From NCBI GenBank assembly GCA_043228905.1, contig JBHGNT010000009.1, positions 5,394,001 through 5,458,000 on the forward strand: a stretch of 64,000 bases of DNA, in the 5' to 3' direction. Shown piece by piece: positions 25,394-37,000 of this stretch. The position numbers and the translations under genes are program-made. This stretch comes from Azolla caroliniana (lineage: Eukaryota > Plantae > Polypodiophyta). Below the pieces are notes generated by a model that saw only the letters and a program-made list of their open reading frames with translations, was not told where the DNA came from and searched no databases. Numbering within the stretch: position 1 is the first letter of the stretch; every line of letters starts with the position of its first letter.

Positions 25394-25793
25394 TGTCATG
25401 ACGACATACATTTTGGCCTTACAAGGATTCGAGCCCAAGTCGTCTTGGTCTATATGTTAGACCTTTAACCATTATACTGACATATATGATGTATAATTAT
25501 AATAAATATATTATTAGTTATTACAAGACATTTAGAGTATTCTAGAACATTCTAGAGTATTCCAAAACAATCTAGAGTATTCTAGAACATTCTAGGATAT
25601 TCCATGATTATATTAAATATCATAAATATCTAAAATATTCTAGAACATTCTAGAATACTCCATAAGGACCTATAAATAGGTGTCTATTCATTCATCACAA
25701 CTCATTCAGTTCAACACCAGTTTGTAGCCCCTTAGCTTACTCTTTGTAATCCTTGCTCTCTTATAATATAAACTCTCTTTCCATTTCTAGTGT

Positions 25794-25858
<65 letters not shown>

Positions 25859-25912
25859 CTCTACCTTCTACTGTCATCTTATTTTACTACCTCCTATTCT
25901 CAAGTCATGACA
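25394..25912 (+). mobile_element. Solo LTR inserted in the B1 5' LTR
   Basis: TGTCATGA...TCATGACA termini, perfect TSD ACAAT (25389-25393 / 25913-25917), TATA cctataaata ~25669-25678, (CT)n ~25798-25856. Confidence 0.9.
25638..25655 (+). promoter_or_regulatory. Perfect 4-unit heat shock element
   Basis: TTCtaGAAcaTTCtaGAA ~15 nt upstream of the LTR TATA box, with further HSE-like blocks at 25539-25600. Confidence 0.65.
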
Positions 25913-26009
25913 ACAATGTGGTCAGTAAACACTTTTATACAAGTCCATGAAAGCATTGACAGAAGTACTGACGGGTACTCCAATGCTCATACGAGCGACT
26001 GACATTGCT

Positions 26010-28233
26010 CGAAACAGACAAACCCTAATCACTAGTAAAGAATAGAAGAGAGGAGGAAGATATGGACAGAAGCATGGTGGGCTCACTTCCAACGAAAAAG
26101 CTCGACCGGAGCAACTATGCATCTGGGTCGTATAAACTTCATGAATACCTGTTGGGGCACGGATACTGGAGCTACGTGGAAGGAGCAAATGTAGCAGCGC
26201 CAGATTCGGCACACAAGGACTTCCCGGTATGGGAGCAAGGAACGAGCAAAGTGTTGTATTGCCTCGCGTCCTGTGTGCATGACCAAATGCTCGGCTATAT
26301 TAGGGATGCAAAAACGCCGAAAGAGGCCTGGGAAAATCTCCAGAAGATTTTCGTCGCAAGTACCACGGCTCGGCTCTTGCAGCTCCAACAAGAGCTCAAC
26401 AATATCCGGCAACGGGACATGTCGGTCACTGACTACACCACCAAGATGAAGGAGAGTTGCAACGTGCTCAGGTCCATCAACGTGACAGTGGACGAGGACG
26501 AGATGGTTCAGATCTGCCTCAGTGGTCTAGCACACCGGTACGGGCCAATCTAGACGGCAATTTGCACCCAGTAGAAGCCACCATCCTTCGTCGACCTGCG
26601 ATCAATGTTCATGGTCAAAGAAAAATGCATGAGTGTGTCAAGGACCACTCAATCGGACAACCTGATGTTGTACACGGAAACGGATCGGCCCCGTGTCAAG
26701 AATAGTACTAAAACAGAGAGAGAATTAGTACTAGAGAAGGGAAGTATTATTAGTCCTAAGAGGACGGGACTGCATAAGACTCCCGAGAGAGAGAAAAGAG
26801 AAGAGGAGAGAGAGAGTGTGTGAGTGAGTGAGGACGAGAGAGAGAGAGAGGAGATGATGATAACAGATGATATATTATAGGAAGAGTAAGTACAAGATGG
26901 CTATGAGGCTTAAGACTGGCGTTGAACCAATTTGGTTCAACATAATGCCTAGTGCCTTCTTTTATAGTGTTCTCAGGAGTAATCCTGAAGCTTCTAGAAT
27001 GTTCCAGAGAAATCTGGAATATACATTAATTTCCTATAATAAAACTTAAATGAAAATATTCTCCTACGTATTACAATAGATGGTATAATGTTCAAGAGCT
27101 CAACCCATATAACATAAGTTCATGGGTTCGAGTCTTGCCATATCATGACACCCCATGGGCATGGAGGACAAGGTGGGTCGGCACACAATGCAAGCAGCCA
27201 ATAAGAGCGGAACCGGAGGCACAAAGATAGTGCCAACAACAATTCCAGACCCTCCACAAGCAGGGGGAGTCAAAGCGGCGCCGGAAACCAGCAATCAAAG
27301 ATCAACACAGAATGTTGGTATTGTGGCAAGAAAGTCCACCGGGAGAGCGAGTGCTGGAAGAAGCATGCCGATTCGAATAGATCCGGATCCGGCAAGACCG
27401 GACAAGGGAACCGGCAAAGCTCGCACTATGTTGAAGGATCGAAAGGTTTCGGAATTGGTAAGACCTGAAAGGGGCCACCCTTTGTGATGAAACACAAGGC
27501 GAACTCAATGAAGAAGACCACTTCTGGATCGGAGGAAGTGTGGTACATTGACTCCGGAGCATCTAACCACATGATGAGCCACGAAGAGTGGTTCTCGTTT
27601 CTGGAAAAGCCGGAGCAACAAGGAGTTGTCGAAACCGGAGACGACACTCCTCACCCGATAGTGCATGTCGGAGAAGTCCCTTTAAGCCATGTCGGACAAA
27701 AGGGAAAGTTAATGAATGTCACCCGATAGTGGCAGATGAGAAGCGGAGAAATGCATCCTTGGCGGCTACTCACATGAGCAAAAGGGTTATAAGTGTTATA
27801 ACCCTCGAACAAGATAAGTTCCAATGAGCCAAGATGTCGAATTTGATGAGTCGGCATCATACTACTCTCTACCAACTCCAACCCGGTTTGAGAGGATAAG
27901 GCCAGTGAGCCCGAAACAATCCGGACAGAAGGTGAGGAAGGGATCGACACTCTGGATGAGAGTCCAATCTCATTCCCTCTAAGTGGGCCGAATGGGCGCT
28001 TGAGTCAAAATGACCAATCAGATGACGAGTCCGCGAGTAGCGAAGACTTGACCGTGTTATCCCCGCGCAAGGAACCGAGGAGACAATTCACATGCAAAAA
28101 GAAGGGGAAGAAGAAGATGTCAGAGTATGATACCAACAAAGAAGAGTTGGATCATAGTGAATCTGGCAAAAGATGGACCTCCAAAGAAGAGGTCAGAGTC
28201 AGCCAAGAGGTCCATGAAATTGGCGAACCAGAT
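26010..28233 (+). mobile_element. Copia family B, copy B3, 5' part (gag, protease; integrase deleted)
   Basis: ORF 26062..26553 (KLDRSNYASGSYK, AKTPKEAWENL), WYIDSGASNHM, deletion at ~27720; continues in frame on the minus strand from 34000. Confidence 0.85.
26694..27150 (-). mobile_element. Solo LTR inserted in B3 gag
   Basis: TGTCAAGA...TCATGACA, TSD CCCCG/CCCCA (uninterrupted homolog GATCGGCCCCATGGGC at ~35095), HSE GAAgcTTCtaGAAtgTTC at 26987-27004. Confidence 0.88.
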
Positions 28234-30010
28234 TGTGAAAAGAATAGCATGCGGAAGCAATAGAAAACTGAACACAGAAACGCAGGTTTAATGGAGAGCT
28301 TAGAATATACACAGTACGCGGGAGAGACTGAGAGAGAGAAGGCACAAAAACTCTATTTTGTAAATAACAGTTCTCTGTAATGCTCTGTACATCGTATGTG
28401 TTCAGTGAACACTTTTATACAAGTCTATACGGACTGACAGAAGTACGGTGTACTTCAATGCTCACACAGGCGTCTAACACTAACTATGAGACATTAACTA
28501 CCGGGTAGTCTAGGCTGCAACTAGACTTTCGGTTACTGATGGATCCGGCTAACCGGCTCCCCAGCTCACCAGCTCACTTGCTCACCGGCTTACCGATCTG
28601 GCTCATCCTTCCCAATGCCGATCCGGCTCAGGCTTATTTAGCCAATCCGGATCCAGTTGAGCTTGCCGCTCAACACTCCCCCTCAAGCTCAACTTGAGGT
28701 CAGATCATAGTGTCAGTCTTCATGGCAGCCGGTCCTTCCACCCGGCTCCTTATGGCGTCACTCCGCCTTGCTCGCACTCCTCGTCCGGTCTGATCCCATT
28801 TGCCGCGACCCCTCTGGTTCTGCGCGCCTCGACCTCCTCGGTCGGCTTGTCTGCTCAACATGCCCAATTCAGCTCCCTCGTTGTTGTGACTTCGGCGCTT
28901 GCCGATTCGCCGATTCCTTCGTGTTGGCGTCGACTTTCGCTGCCTTCTCGTCACCTTGGCCTTGAATTGATCCGGTTCTTCCGAATCCATCTGTTGAACC
29001 AAATCAGTTGTCTCTGATTCGTTCCATCTCTTGTCCGAATCAGTTGTCTCTTATTCGTTCCATCTCTTGTCCGAATCAGTCGCTCTCGATTCGTCTTCCG
29101 GTTCCAGGCCCTTCACTACATCGGACCATGTCCGGGTCTTGGCCTTCTTCTCCCGGTCAACTCTGTCCTTCTTGACTTTGCTGCCGATGCCGCTTGCTCC
29201 AACTTGTTCGGATGTGTCAACTTCCTTTGTCGACTCGGCCCCTTTCTTCTTCGTGTCTCTCCCTTCGTCGGTTCTTCCCTCACCGGCGCAATCGGCAATT
29301 TCTTTGCCTTTGCCCGTTCCGTTTTCTTTGCCCATTCTCCCCCTCAAGTGTGGCACGTCGAGATGCTGAACACCAAGCATTTCGGTGAAGTGTTGCAACT
29401 TGTCCGATCCGAACGGTTTGGTGAAGATGTCGGCAACTTGCCGATCCGTATGAACATACTGAAGTTCGACTTCACCGCTCAGGACACGCTCACGCACGAA
29501 GTGGTAGTGCACCTCTATGTGCTTTGTGCGAGCATGAATTACGGGGTTCTTGGCGAGCTACATGCTGCTGATGTTGTCGCAGTAGATCAGGATCAGGGTC
29601 GGTACCTCGATCCGCAGGTCTTGCAACAGTCATCGAAGCCAAATGGCTTCATAGGTGTCAATGATAGCGCCCCGGTATTCAGCCTTAGTGCTCGAAAGGG
29701 CCACCGTTGGCTGCCTTTTGCTACTCCACGCAACAGCCGCGCTACCAAGGGAAAACATATAGCCGGAGGTGGATCAACGTTCCGAAGCATCGTCGGCCCA
29801 GTCGGCATAAGTGTAGCTGACTAGCTCTTCGATTATACCATGCCGGTATAACAGTCCTCGTTCCTTCGCGCCGCTCACATATCGCAAAATTTGATGCGCA
29901 CATAGAAGGTGCTCCACGGTCGGCTTCTGCATATATTGGATGATCACGCCGAGCAGATAATTGATGTCAGGTCGGGTGATTATCAAATATATAAGGCTTC
30001 CGACAATTTG
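28234..30010 (-). mobile_element. Copia family B, copy B2, 3' part (RT C-terminus, RNase H, extension, PPT, 3' LTR 28234-28675)
   Basis: ADIFTK, HYHFVRERV, PPT 28676-28687, LTR homologous to 34001-34390, flanked by CAGAT (28229-28233). Confidence 0.88.
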
Positions 30011-31260
30011 TATCTACAATGGGGTATCTACAATGTATCCCACGTAAGTACAAGTACAAAATCCTACTTAATACTTTATGGTCAACACACTAACTAGATT
30101 TTATTCATGTAACTACTAAATTGTTGGTTGACTAAATGGCTAAAACTTAGTCGAGCTTGATATCTCAATGCGTCCCTTGAAGCTCAAGTGTGTTGTGTTC
30201 GACTTCCTGTTCGGCTTTCGGTTCGGCTTTTAGCGTTACTTGATTTTTGGTTTCGGCTTCCAACTCATGTTAGCTCTTGTTTGGCATCCGACTCTCAACT
30301 TGCTTCCCTCCCCCTCAAGCTTGAGATGTGGAGTAGCCAAAGGGTGAGCACCATTGAAAATTGTTGAAGCTTGCCCGCTCCAAGCGCTTTGGTGAAGATA
30401 TCCACAGTTTGCTGATCGGTGTCAATGTGTTGGAGATCAATGTCTCCCGTGATGATACGTTCCCGAACATAGTGATAGTGCACCTCAATATGCTTTGTTC
30501 GGGCGTGGAAGACTGGGTTTCGAGTTGGTTGAATGTTACTTTCATTGAAGTCCTTGAGTAGCCACTTCAACCAAACAGCTTCACAAGTGGTTATGGCCGT
30601 GCCTCTGTATTCAGCTTTGGTGCTCGACAATGCAATTGTCGACTGCTTTGTGCTACTCCACAAGATCACTCCGCTTCCAAGTGAGAAGTCGAAGGTGGAT
30701 GTTTACCATTGATCAGATATACTACCGACCCAACTGACATCCGTGTAGCCTTCCAACCGAATAGCCGCTCCTTCCTTGTAGAAGAGAACTCGATCCAAGG
30801 TTCCATTAACGTATCTTAGTACCCGCTTAACACTTGTATTCAAATGCGTGTCGTAGGGTGATTGCATGAACTAGTTAAGGAGGCCAACCGGATGGCTAAG
30901 GTCGGATCGGGTGATAGGTAGGTAGATGAGACTCCCAATGATTTGCCGATATTGAGTTAGTTCACATGGTTTGCTACAATCCATGTGCAATTTCAAGTTG
31001 CAATCAAGGGGGGTCGAAATTGGCTTGTGAGTCACATCATGCCAAACTTGAACAGAAGATTCACGATGTAGTGGCGTTGGAAGAGTATGAGGCCGTTGCT
31101 GGTGCGGATGACCTCGATTCCTTGGAAGTAATGAAGCTGATTCATATCTTTCATCTCAAACTTCCCAAAGAGGAGCATCTTGACCTTGTTGATGTCGGCT
31201 AGGTGTTTTCAACACCACCAATCACCAAGTCGTTGATATATATGATGATGAAGTTGCAAT
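30011..31260 (-). mobile_element. Older degenerate Copia RT/RNase H fragment with partial 3' LTR
   Basis: [42 protein letters not shown]; PPT-like sequences at ~30305-30320 and ~30170. Confidence 0.8.
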
Positions 31261-31447
31261 GCTTCAGATACACAATTAATTGTCAGATTTAGACATCCGA
31301 AAGCTGATTCAATGCAGAAACTACGCTATCTTTGAATGCCAAGCCCGTGGCACTTAATTGAGGCCATAGAGGAGCTTCGTGAGTCTGCATACGACATTTA
31401 GATGTGATTCCGACTTTAAGCCGGGTGGTTGTATCATACACACCTCC

Positions 31448-33995
31448 TGTAAAAGATATTGTGCGGAAGCTTGTAGACAAACCGACTCAGTTGGATAACA
31501 ACAGTAAAACAAAATGAAGGTTTAATGGAAACTTGAGCCTACACAGGTACGCGGGAGAGATAGAGAGAGCAGAATAGCAAAAACCTCAATTCAAAATAAT
31601 AACACTTTGTACATACAAATGTCCTACAAAACACTTTTTATACAAGTTCTTAAAATGCCTGACACTTCAATGCTCATACGAGCGACTGACACTAACTCCA
31701 AGGAATATGCCTACGTACTAGGCTCGGACTGTAGACTCCAATGGGCTACTAGTTCTCACTATTCTCCAGCTCCACCTGGCATCCTCCCGCTTGGCTCGCG
31801 ATCCTGGTCCGGTCCGGTCTTGCTTTCCTCAACCCGTCCAGTTCCATGTTCCTCGACCTCCTCGGTTGGCTTGTATGCTCCTTCGGCCCTTATCAGCCCC
31901 CTTGTTGTCGCGGTGCTGTCGCGGTGCTGGCGCCCCTCCACCCATTGGCTCCTCCGTCTCGGCATTGGCTTCGATTGCCTTTTTGTTTGCTTGGCCCATC
32001 GTAGATTCGGCTCCGAATCAATCATTTCGATTCAATCGGGTGCTTCTGATTCACTTTGACTCTCAACCGAATCGGTTGTCTTCAATTCTTCCTCTTCGTT
32101 GTCAGAGTTCGCAGTTTCCAACTCACCTCCGATCATAGGACCTTTCATGACATCGGCCCATGTCCATGTCTTGATCTTTTCGGCTTTGCCTTCCCCTTTT
32201 TCGGCTGGCTCCGGCTTGGGCTTTCCGGTCCAGTGGCTCCCCCTACGTCCGGTCTCGGCTTCTTCAGCCGACTCGTGCACTCCGACTTCTTCAGTAGGGC
32301 CGAAGTCGAAATCAATTTCCGACTCGGCTTTTCGGTCGTCTTTCTCATTCCTCCCCCTCAAGTTCGGCATATCAAGGTACTGCACACCCAATACACCGGA
32401 TAATTGCCGCAAGTTGCCTAAGCCGAGGGGTTTGGTGAAGATGTCGGCCACCTGCAGATCCGTTGGAACATGTAGTAGTTCCACTTCATTGGAGAGAATG
32501 CGCTCTCGGACAAAATGATAGTGCGCCTCGATGTGCTTACTCTGGACGTGAAAGATGGGGTTCTTTGCCAATTGGATGCTGCTGAGGTTGTTGCAATAGA
32601 TCATCGTCGGATCAGACACCTCGACTCCCAAATCCTTTAGGAGCCGCTTGAGCCATATGGTTTCGCACGTTGCGATAATCGCTCCTCGGTATTCGGCCTC
32701 CGTGCTCAACAATGCTAATGTCGGCTGCCTTTTACTGCTCCAAGCTACTGCGACGCTTCCAAGTGAAAACACATATCCGGATGTAGACCTACGGTCGCCG
32801 ACATTTCCGACCCAATCAGCTTCTGTGTAGGTGACAAGTTGTCCTTAGTGCCGCCTGTCCTTACATCAACCCCCTGTCCTTAGTGCGCTGACGTACCTCA
32901 GTATTCGGTGCGCGCATTGAAGGTGCTCCATAGTTGGATGTGCCATAAATTCACTAATCAATTTGACTGGATAATTGAGGTCCTACTGGGTGATGGTTAG
33001 CTATATGAGGCTTCCAACTATTTGTCGGAACCTTTTTGGGTCGCATCCCTTTCCGGAGTTGGGGTGAAACTTCACATTTCGGTCAGAGGAGTTGAGACGG
33101 ATTTGCATTCCGTCATACTGAATTTGAAGAACATACTCCACACATAGTGGCGTTGAATGATTAGTATGCCTTCCAGGTGCGGATCACTTCAATCCCGAGG
33201 AAGTAGTGAAGGTTCCCAAGATCCTTCATGTCAAATGATGCCGCGAGTTCGTACTTGAAGCGGTCGATTTCATCCAGGTCGGCGCCGACGATGAATAAAT
33301 CATCAACATAAAGTAAAATACTAACCGGCCCGTCTGACCTTGCCGGATGAAGAGTGAAGAATCCGACTTTGACGTGACAAACCCCATCTGACGCAGTTGC
33401 TGCGTCATCTTTGCATTCCAAGCATGTAGGGCTTGCTTTAGTCCGTAAAGGGACTTCTTCAGTCGGCAAACGACCGACGTGTTCATTCTAGACTGCAATC
33501 TGGGGGGCTGAACCATGTGTATACTTGTTCCTCAAGATCACCTTGTAGGAACGGATTTTTCACATCCATTTGATGTAGATGCCACCCCTTCGCTGCTACC
33601 ACCGCAAGCAAGACACATACGATTGTCATCTTTGCGGCCGGCGCGAATGTCTCATCGTAGTCGATGTTGTGCTGCTGCACGTAGACCTTTGCCACTAATC
33701 AGGCCTTGTACCAGTTGACGGAGCCGTCGGTGTTGTATTTGACTTGTATACCCACCGGCAACCGATCGGCTTCACTCCTTTCGGTACGTCCACCAAGTTC
33801 CACGTCTCATTGTCCATGAGCGTGAGCATCTCTTCCTCCATGGCCTTTTGCCAATTCGGATCCTTAGTCGCTTTTGTGTAACTCTCCGGCTCACGCGCTA
33901 CTACCACCTTCACCATGTAAGCATAATGACGCGCCATATACTCGTTATATTTGTAACAAATTACATGGTGCTTTTGGCGGGTGCATCAACGCAAC
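31448..33995 (-). mobile_element. Copia B3, 3' part (RT, RNase H, extension, truncated 3' LTR 31448-~31755)
   Basis: EPESY...WQKAMEEE, HQMDVKN, LLYVDDL, ADIFTKPL; the LTR end TGTAAAAGAT at 31448 matches family B. Confidence 0.85.
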
Positions 33996-34000
33996 ATCTG

Positions 34001-37000
34001 TATTGAGTGGCAAGCTCAACCGGATCCGGAAGGATGAGCTAGATCAGTAAGCCGGTGAGCTGGGGAGCTGGTTAGCCGGATCCATCAGTAACCGGAAGCC
34101 TAGTAGCAGCTTAGACTACTAGGTAGTTAATGTCTCATAGTTAGTGTCAGACGCCTATGTGAGCATTGAAGTACACCGTACTTCTGTTAGTCCGTATAGA
34201 CTTGTATAAAAGTGTTCACTGAACACATACGATGTACAGAGCATTACAGAGAACTGTTATTTACAAAATAGAGTTTTTGTGCCTTCTCTCTCTCAATCTC
34301 TCCCACGTATTGTGTATATTCTAAACTCTCCATTAAACCTGCGTTTCTGTGTTTGGTTTTCTATTGCTTCCGCACGCTATTCTTTTCACATGGTATCAGA
34401 GCGCAAGGGTTGAGAACCTCTGTAGCCGACGTAGCTTGAAAGGAAAACCAACCAAGAGGAACAGGTAAAACCGATGGATAGAGGCATGGCTAGCTCGCTT
34501 CCGACGGAGAAGCTCGACTGAAACAACTACGCGTCTTGGTCCTACAAGATGCACCAGTACTTGCTCGTGCACGGTTACTAGAGCTATGTCGACGGAGCAA
34601 ATGTCACAACACCCGAATCGACACACAGAGATTTCCCGGTGTGGGAACAATCGGCGAGCAGAGTACTGTACTGCTTCGCATCTTGTGTGGGCGAACAACT
34701 CCTAAGCTACATTCGGGATGCAAAAACGCCGAAAGATGCTTGGGGAAGTCTGAAGAAGATTTTCGCCGCAAGCACTACAGCCATAAAGCTTCAACTCTGA
34801 TAGGAGCTGAGCAACCTACAACAATGCGACTTGTCGGTGGCAGACTACACCTCCAAACTCAAGGACATTTGCGACTCTCTAGCCTCCATCGATGTGAATA
34901 TCGAAGAAGCCAATATGGTGCAAATCTGTCTCGGAGGTTTTGCGTCAAAGTTCGGAGCGTTCCGAACTGCTGTGTGTACAAGGGAGATATGTCATCGTTT
35001 TTTGACTCACAGTCGATGTTCCTTGTGGAGGAGAACCACGCCGGTGTGTCAACAAGTGCACCCACCGACAACCGGATGTTGTACACGGAGGCAGATCGGC
35101 CCCATGGGCGTGGTGGACGAGGCAGGCCGGCTCGCAATGGTAGCAGTCAACAAGAGCAGGACTGAAGGCACAGAGAACATGCCGACAACAACTCTAGACC
35201 CTCCACAAGTAGGGGGAGTCAAGGCGCCGCCAGAGGCCGGCAAGCAAAGGCCGACACAGAATGTTGGTACTATGGTACAAAGGGCCACAGAGAAAGCGAG
35301 TGCTAGAAGAAGCGCGTCGATTTGGACAGATCTGGATCTGGCAAGGCCGATAGAGAGAACCGGCAATACTCGCACTATGCAGAAGGCTTGGGAGGATCCA
35401 AAACCGGAAAAGCCGGTAAAGGGCAAGCCTTGGTGATGAAACACGAGGCTAACTCGATGAAAAAGACCACTTCCAATCGGAGGAAGTGTGGTACGTTGAT
35501 TTCGGTGCGTCGAATCACATGACGAGCCACAAAGAGTGGTTCTCCTTCTTGGAAGAACCAGAACAACCGAGAGTCGTCGAAACCGGAGACGACACTCCTC
35601 ACCCAATCGTGCATGTTGGAGAAGTCCCTTTGAGCCACGTCGGATAGAGGGGGAAGCTGATGAACGTATTACACGTTCAGACTATCACGAAGAACCGGGT
35701 GTTAGTTGGTCAGATCGTTGACCAGGGGATGCAGGTGCGGTTTACGCACCTTGGGTGCTTCATCGAGGAAGAATGTCAAATTATTACGCAAGGTCGTAGA
35801 GACGGGAGGAGGTTCATCCTTGACACCAATGACGTCGGCACCACTTTGTTCGCCAAAGGGCAGAAGGTCGAATTGGACATCGACCTGTGGCACAAGTGGA
35901 TCGGCCACGTCAATTACCGGAGGCTTCAAGACCTGCCATGAAACAAGTTGTTTTCGGTTTGCCGAAGTTCAGTAGCCGGAAGGCCCAAATATGTGAAGCC
36001 TGCCAACTTGGGACCGTAGTCGTAACAAGCTCGACCTTATTCATTCGGATGTATAGGGACCGACACAAAATGTTAGTCTTGGCGGGAGTCGGTATTTTGT
36101 CTCCTTCATTGACGACTACAGCCGGCACACATGGATCTACCTCATTGAGCAGAAGAGCAAAGTCTTTGAGTGTTTCTGGAACCTTAAAAGCTTGGTTGAA
36201 CGGGAAACGGAGAGGAAGATCAAGTGCTTGCGGTCGGATGGCGGAAAAGAATATTTTCCCGGCCAATTCAACAGTTATTTGTAGCAAAAAGGAATTCGGA
36301 GAGAGTTCAGCTGTAGATACACACCAGAACAAAACGATGTGGCCGAGAGGAAGAACTGGTCGATTGTCGACGCAGCAAGGGCAATGCTAGAGGAGAAGAG
36401 CATGCCCCATTTCTACTGGGCGGAGGCGGTCCGGATGGCCGTCTACATCCAAAACCGGTGTCGCATTGTTACGTGCGTGCGTGGAGAAAGGCGGGACCAC
36501 GGGGGTCTTGGACTAGGGAGCGACGAAGCGTAGGAAGTCGCACTTCACCGTTTCCAGGGCATCCCAGAAGCACACCGGAAGCAACCGAAAGGAGGGAGAG
36601 ACAGAAAGGGAGTGCGCGCTTGACACCGACTCACGCACACGCACGCACGCACACACGCACACACACACACAGCTCGCGCCCTCATGTACAGGAAACGCAG
36701 GAAAGGGGAAGCACCCGACACCAACAAAGACGCCAAAATACACAGACAGACGCAAACATATATATATATATAAGAAGAATACATTCCCGGCTTCGAGCCG
36801 GGCTGAGGTTGGTTACAGTAGTCGTCTGCTGCCAAGCCGCCGTCGGGGAGCTCTCAGCTCGTCGCGCCGAGCGGGGTCTTGCACAGGAGGCCGAACCCAA
36901 GCAAACCCTAAGCAAACACGAAGGGGGGGGGGAAGAAGAAGAAGACCTAACTCTAAACCTAACGGTATACCCTCTAATGCAAAATGGGCAACCCCTTCAC

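Larger units (their letters stand above)
10456..26008 (-). mobile_element. Ty1/Copia family B, copy B1; host of nested insertions, internally deleted
   Basis: 3' LTR 10456-10960 with PPT 10961-10972; RNase H ~12730-13143; RT 18421-19014 and 24352-24500; gag ~24520-25120; PBS (tRNA-iMet, TGGTATCAGAG) 25213-25223; 5' LTR 25224-~26008, interrupted and truncated. Confidence 0.85.
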
